Assembly: GCA_963848485.1 (NCBI GenBank)
Contig: CAWKDX010000006.1
Coordinates: forward strand, 41,612-105,611
DNA: 64,000 nt
Direction: 5' to 3'
DNA from: an uncultured Acidimicrobiia bacterium
GTDB lineage: Bacteria; Actinomycetota; Acidimicrobiia; IMCC26256; JAENVU01
The first letter of the stretch is position 1. The number at the start of each line of letters is the position of its first letter. Both the position numbers and the translations under genes were made by a program. The notes beneath the pieces are model-generated. The model was not told the DNA's origin and searched no databases. It saw only the letters and a program-made list of their open reading frames with translations. This document shows, one piece after another, positions 59,776-64,000 of the stretch.

Positions 59776-60597
59776 ATGCCGGTAGCCAGTGACGACGAGG
59801 CGCACGTCGATCGGCTCGAGGAGGTCTGGTCGTCCACTGCCGCGCTGGGCGACTCCTTGACGGAGGTGGAGTGGAAGGCACCCACCGAGTGTCCGGGTTG
59901 GAACGTGCAGGACAACCTCGCGCACATCATCGGGATCGAGTCGGTGATCCTGGGGCGCCCGGAGCCGGAGGTGACTCCGCCCGAGGGCGAGCACGTCAAG
60001 AACGACATCGGACGATCGAACGAAGTATGGGTCGAGGCGTACCGCGACCGCCCGGGCGACGCGGTGCTCGAAGAGTTCCGCACCGTGACCGGTGCGCGTC
60101 TGGCTGCGCTGCGTGCTCCCGACATGGACTTCGGCGCCGAATCCTGGACGCCAGTCGGTCCGGGTGAGGTGCGCGACCTGCTGGGCTTCCGGATCTTCGA
60201 CTCGTGGATGCACGAGCAGGACATGCGCCGGGCGGTCGGCAAGCCGGGCGGCTGGAACGGAGCAGTCGCGCGGGCATCGCTCGAGCGCATGGCCGTGGTC
60301 ATGCCGATGATCGTGGGCAAACGGGTCAAGCCCGCCGATGGGACGACCGTCGTGTTCGAGATCGTGGGTCCCGCCGGCCGTGACATCGCGCTCGGGATGG
60401 ACGGCGGCCGCGCCCGGATGCTCGACGCGGCTCCGGGCGCGCCGACGGTCCGGATCCGGTTGAGTGGTGAAGCCTTCGTGCGACTCGGCGCCGGGCGCGG
60501 TGACGTCGAGGAGATCCTCGGTTCCGGCGCCGTCGAGATCAGTGGCGACGCTGCGCTCGGCTTCACGATCACACGCGCCATGAACTTCATGTTCTGA
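59776..60597 (+). CDS. MDMPI-family (mycothiol-dependent maleylpyruvate isomerase-like) protein
   Basis: PTECPGWNVQDNLAH, RIFDSWMHEQDMR. Confidence 0.9.
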   Translation: MPVASDDEAHVDRLEEVWSSTAALGDSLTEVEWKAPTECPGWNVQDNLAHIIGIESVILGRPEPEVTPPEGEHVKNDIGRSNEVWVEAYRDRPGDAVLEEFRTVTGARLAALRAPDMDFGAESWTPVGPGEVRDLLGFRIFDSWMHEQDMRRAVGKPGGWNGAVARASLERMAVVMPMIVGKRVKPADGTTVVFEIVGPAGRDIALGMDGGRARMLDAAPGAPTVRIRLSGEAFVRLGAGRGDVEEILGSGAVEISGDAALGFTITRAMNFMF

Positions 60598-60605
60598 CCG
60601 CCCGT

Positions 60606-61382
60606 CTAGGTACCGCCCTCTCGGCGAGGTACCTCGCCGCGCTGGTGCTTGATCAACCAGTCGCGCCCGGGATGGTTCAGCTCCTCGAGCGCGGTGATGA
60701 CCGCGATGTGGTCGTATCCGACCCGCGCGTGTTGGATCGTGTGGCCGCAATCGTCGGCTTCCACGATCACATAGGACGCGCGGAGATCGGGCGGCAGCGG
60801 GTTGCTGACGCTGCCGAGGTTGACCGCCCGCATCGACCCGGCGATCCGGTCGACCGGCCAGTGGGTGTGACCCCCGAACACCACATCCGCGTCGGCGTCG
60901 GCCAGGCGCCCGAGCAGCTCGCCGTCGGTGTCGATCGGGTTGATCCCGGGCCCGTCGTCGCAGCCCGGCGACGCGTGAACCCCGAGGAGGCGCGTGCCGT
61001 CCGGCAGCGTCATGCGGACCTCGGTCGGCCGTGCCGCGAGCCACGGCATCCAACCCGCGGCGTGCACGTTGCCCGCGGTCCATGCGAACGTCGCCGCGAC
61101 CTCCGCGATCACGGGGACGAGCCCCGGGTCCTCCGCCGCGGCGTCGAGCGAAGGCGGCGGCCGCTCGCCGGTGACGACGTAGCGATCGGTGTTGCCGCTG
61201 ATCACGGTGACGCCGCGTAGCTCGGTGATTCGTTCGAGGACGCCGATCGGGTCGGGCCCGAGTGCCACGAGATCGCCGAGGACCCAGTGGTGGTCGGCCC
61301 CGCCCCGTCGGTGGATGTCGGCCAGGACGGCGTCGAGCGCGACGGCGTTGCCGTGCAGATCCGAGATCAGTGCGAGGCGCAT
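60606..61382 (-). CDS. Calcineurin-like metallophosphoesterase
   Basis: SDLHGN, LGD, GNTD, HAS, GHTH, NLGSV. Confidence 0.93.
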   Translation of the reverse strand: MRLALISDLHGNAVALDAVLADIHRRGGADHHWVLGDLVALGPDPIGVLERITELRGVTVISGNTDRYVVTGERPPPSLDAAAEDPGLVPVIAEVAATFAWTAGNVHAAGWMPWLAARPTEVRMTLPDGTRLLGVHASPGCDDGPGINPIDTDGELLGRLADADADVVFGGHTHWPVDRIAGSMRAVNLGSVSNPLPPDLRASYVIVEADDCGHTIQHARVGYDHIAVITALEELNHPGRDWLIKHQRGEVPRREGGT

Positions 61383-61392
61383 GGGCGCGTCG

Positions 61393-62433
61393 TTACAGGA
61401 CGAGCTCGGCCATCACCCGGAGCGCCTCGGGCTGCTGGGCACCCACGATGAGCGTGGTGATCCCGCTCTCCTTCCACGCCTCGAGCCGGTCGGCGATCCG
61501 TTCCTTCGGGCCGATGAGCGAGATCTCGTCCACCAGGTCGTCCGGTACCGCCGCGATCGCGTCGCGCTTGTTGCCCTCGAGGTAGAGATCCTGGATCTTC
61601 TTCGCCGCGTCATCGAAGCCGTAGCGGCACGCGAGGTCGTTGTAGAAGTTCTTGCCGCGCGCGCCCATGCCGCCGATGTAGAGCGCGGCCATTGGCTTGG
61701 CGAAGCCGCGCAGGGTGTCGAGGTCGTCGCCGACGATGACGGTGACCGTCGGCGCGACGTCGAAGTCGGCGAGCGACTTGTCGGCCCCGGCCTTCGCGAA
61801 CCCCGCGTCGATGGCTGCGCCGTACGTGTCCCGGAAGCGCGTCGGCGAGAAGAAGATGGGGAGCCAGCCGTTCGCGATCTCCGCGCACAGCTCGACGTTC
61901 TTCGGCCCGATGGCCGCAAGGTAGATCGGGATGTCAGCTCGGCGCGGGTGCACGATGATCTTGAGCGGCTTGCCGAGCCCGGTCGCGTCCGGTCCGTCGT
62001 ACGGGATGTCGTAGTGAGTGCCGTGGTGCTCGAGCGGTGCCTCCCGCTCGAGGATCGTGCGCACGATGTCCACATACTCACGCGTCTTGCCGAGCGGCTT
62101 GCCGTAGGGCTGACCGTGCCAGCCCTCGACCACCTGTGGGCCGGAGAGCCCGAGACCGAGCAGGAACCGCCCGCCGCTCATCAGGTCGAGCGTGGCCGCG
62201 GTCATCGCGGTCATCGCCGGCGTGCGGGCAGGCATCTGCATGATTGCCGAGCCGAAGTTCAGGGTCTCCGTGTGGGCCATGAGCCACGTCAGCGGCGTGA
62301 TCGCATCGGTGCCGTAGGCCTCGGCGGTCCACACGGAGTGGTAGCCGAGCCGTTCGGCCTCCTTCGCCGTCTGCACCGCGCTCGCGACGCCGGTGCCCCA
62401 GTCCTGGTAGCCGAAGTTGATCCCAAGTCGCAT
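61393..62433 (-). CDS. LLM-class F420-dependent oxidoreductase
   Basis: [42 protein letters not shown]. Confidence 0.92.
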   Translation of the reverse strand: MRLGINFGYQDWGTGVASAVQTAKEAERLGYHSVWTAEAYGTDAITPLTWLMAHTETLNFGSAIMQMPARTPAMTAMTAATLDLMSGGRFLLGLGLSGPQVVEGWHGQPYGKPLGKTREYVDIVRTILEREAPLEHHGTHYDIPYDGPDATGLGKPLKIIVHPRRADIPIYLAAIGPKNVELCAEIANGWLPIFFSPTRFRDTYGAAIDAGFAKAGADKSLADFDVAPTVTVIVGDDLDTLRGFAKPMAALYIGGMGARGKNFYNDLACRYGFDDAAKKIQDLYLEGNKRDAIAAVPDDLVDEISLIGPKERIADRLEAWKESGITTLIVGAQQPEALRVMAELVL

Positions 62434-62514
62434 GGCCCGGAGCGTAGGCCGGAGCGACACGAGGGGCGGAGGCCGGAGCGAACCGGGAAGGTGGTCGGAC
62501 GTACGCTTTGGTTC

Positions 62515-63522
62515 ATGACCTCTCTCGTGACGAACGTGGTGCGCGGCGACGCCGCCGAGCGCCTCCTGCTGCTGGTCCACGGCTACGGCGCTGACGAGCG
62601 CGACCTCGGCGGGCTGCTCCCGCACCTCGATCCCGAGGGCAGGCTCTGTGCGGTCATGCCCCGTGGTCCGGAGGCCGCGGCGGGCACGCCCGGCTTCGCC
62701 TGGTACTCGTGGAGTCCGCAGGGTGAGTTCGACCCGGCCGCGTTCGCTTCCTCGCTCGACGCGCTGGACGACTTGCTCGACGAGGCCTGTGAGGCGCAGG
62801 GGTTCGAGCGCTCCCAGGCGCTGGTGGCGGGGTTCTCGCAGGGTGCCGGGATGATGATCGCCCTTGCGCTCCGGGCCAGCGACCGGCCCCGGCCGATCGG
62901 CGTGCTCGCGATGAGCCCGGCGCTGCCCGGGCTGGACGTGTTCGAGGTCGACTGGGACGCTGCCGCGGACATCCCGGTGCTGATCCAGCACGGCGACCAG
63001 GACCCGCTCGTGCCCGTCGCCCGGGTACGTCAGCTCGCTCGCGTGCTCGAGGCCAACGGGGTGCCGACCGTCTACTCGGAGTACCCGATGGGCCACCAGG
63101 TCGCGTTGGAGAGCATCCGCCACGCCCGTTCCTGGATCGAGGGGGTCATCGCGGGCAAGAAGCCCACGGGTCCGGTGCCCGACGACCCGCCCGAGGGGCC
63201 GGTCAAGGCCGTGACCACCGCGACGTTCCCGACCGAGGTGCTGCAGAGCCCGCTGCCGGTGATCGTCGACTTCTGGGCGCCGTGGTGTGGACCATGCCGG
63301 CAGGTGGGCCCGATCGTCGAGCAGATCGCCCAGATGCGCGACGGCGCCTACAAGGTCGTGAAGATCAACATCGACGAGGAGCCCGCGCTGGCGAAGGAGT
63401 ACGAGGTGCAGAGCATCCCGCTCATCGCCCTGTTCCGGAACGGGCGGCTCGAGCGGTCCTCGCTCGGGGCCAAGCCCCGGCCCCAGCTCGAAGCCGAGCT
63501 GGGGATGCTCGTCATCCCGTAG
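62515..63522 (+). CDS. Phospholipase/carboxylesterase-thioredoxin fusion
   Basis: HGYGA, GFSQG, HGDQDP, MGH triad; Pro-rich linker; [11 protein letters not shown]...SIP; one uninterrupted frame. Confidence 0.88.
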   Translation: MTSLVTNVVRGDAAERLLLLVHGYGADERDLGGLLPHLDPEGRLCAVMPRGPEAAAGTPGFAWYSWSPQGEFDPAAFASSLDALDDLLDEACEAQGFERSQALVAGFSQGAGMMIALALRASDRPRPIGVLAMSPALPGLDVFEVDWDAAADIPVLIQHGDQDPLVPVARVRQLARVLEANGVPTVYSEYPMGHQVALESIRHARSWIEGVIAGKKPTGPVPDDPPEGPVKAVTTATFPTEVLQSPLPVIVDFWAPWCGPCRQVGPIVEQIAQMRDGAYKVVKINIDEEPALAKEYEVQSIPLIALFRNGRLERSSLGAKPRPQLEAELGMLVIP

Positions 63523-64000
63523 CTTCGGGCTCTGCCGCGTCGAGCTCGGGTCGCTTGCGGCTGCCCCACCAGAGGGCGAGGCCACCCATCGCCAGTGAAG
63601 CCAGGCCGGCGGCGAGGATCATCGGGGTGCCGCTGCCGGTGAAGGGGAGCTCGGGGCCGGTGCTCGCGGCCGTGGCCTGAGTCGAGCGACTGCTGCGGCG
63701 GGCTCGAGTCGACGGGGCCGGGGGATCGACCGAGAGCGGCGTCGGGGCATCGATCGTGAGCGCCGATCCGATCTCGACGGGTCCTGCGGTCGTCGGCGGC
63801 GTCGTGGGCACCGTGGTGGACGTCGTCGACGTGGAGGTGGAGGTGGAGCTCGTGGTCGAGGTGCTCGACGTGGTCGAGGTGCTCGACGTGGTGGAGGTGG
63901 CGGTCGGACGGATGCCGGTGGCCGGCGGGCCCGGGTCCATCGGCGGGGCGGTGGCGGCGGAGGCCGACCCGACGCCGAGGGCGAGCACGACCAGCGAGCC
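63512..64000 (-). CDS. Ser/Thr-rich secreted protein with LPXTG-type sorting signal (5' end at or beyond the window edge)
   Basis: Signal-like [10 protein letters not shown]; Thr/Ser tract; ELPFTG plus hydrophobic helix plus RKR. Confidence 0.75.
   Translation of the reverse strand, partial: GSLVVLALGVGSASAATAPPMDPGPPATGIRPTATSTTSSTSTTSSTSTTSSTSTSTSTTSTTVPTTPPTTAGPVEIGSALTIDAPTPLSVDPPAPSTRARRSSRSTQATAASTGPELPFTGSGTPMILAAGLASLAMGGLALWWGSRKRPELDAAEPEATG
63851..63891. repeat. 18-bp in-frame tandem repeat (Ser/Thr hexapeptide)
   Basis: CGTGGTCGAGGTGCTCGA twice plus a partial third copy. Confidence 0.75.

Noticed and set aside
61189-63585. Very long overlapping ORFs on both strands (also 24319-26016, 55667-57511 and others)
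   Set aside because: Antisense shadows of real genes, expected in GC-rich DNA with few stop codons. No protein motifs in the shadow portions.

Overview
Very GC-rich (roughly 70% by eye) actinobacterial chromosome segment. Gene content suggests Acidimicrobiia, which is an inference. Many genes, including conserved housekeeping ones (mfd, eno, typA, orn), are split by single-base frameshifts. These look like long-read sequencing errors rather than true pseudogenes, so CDS coordinates span the reconstructed gene. 1-23.2 kb is core: mfd-prsA-mazG(yabN)-eno-ftsB-DUF501-ppx, an aminotransferase, a diguanylate cyclase, typA, orn, an acyl-CoA synthetase, a GNAT, lipid enzymes and a MATE transporter, ending in tRNA-Leu(UAA). 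About 23.2-30 kb is a decayed tRNA-integrated island with a partial tRNA repeat, a relaxase scrap and gene fragments. The rest is accessory/metabolic: an ABC exporter with a two-component system, an ECF41-CMD module, ArsR-SulP, a microprotein cluster, modABC, a His-type DegT/ColD enzyme, a second PrsA, a CBS-citrate synthase fusion, an F420 LLM oxidoreductase, an esterase-thioredoxin fusion and a sortase substrate. Top leads: (i) a CDS that runs into tRNA-Leu(UAA) and uses the anticodon itself as its stop codon; (ii) two tandem 58-59 aa proteins missed by the ORF track that share a CxxH...CPV-x6/7-C motif; (iii) two unusual domain fusions; (iv) mirror-image ECF41 promoters.
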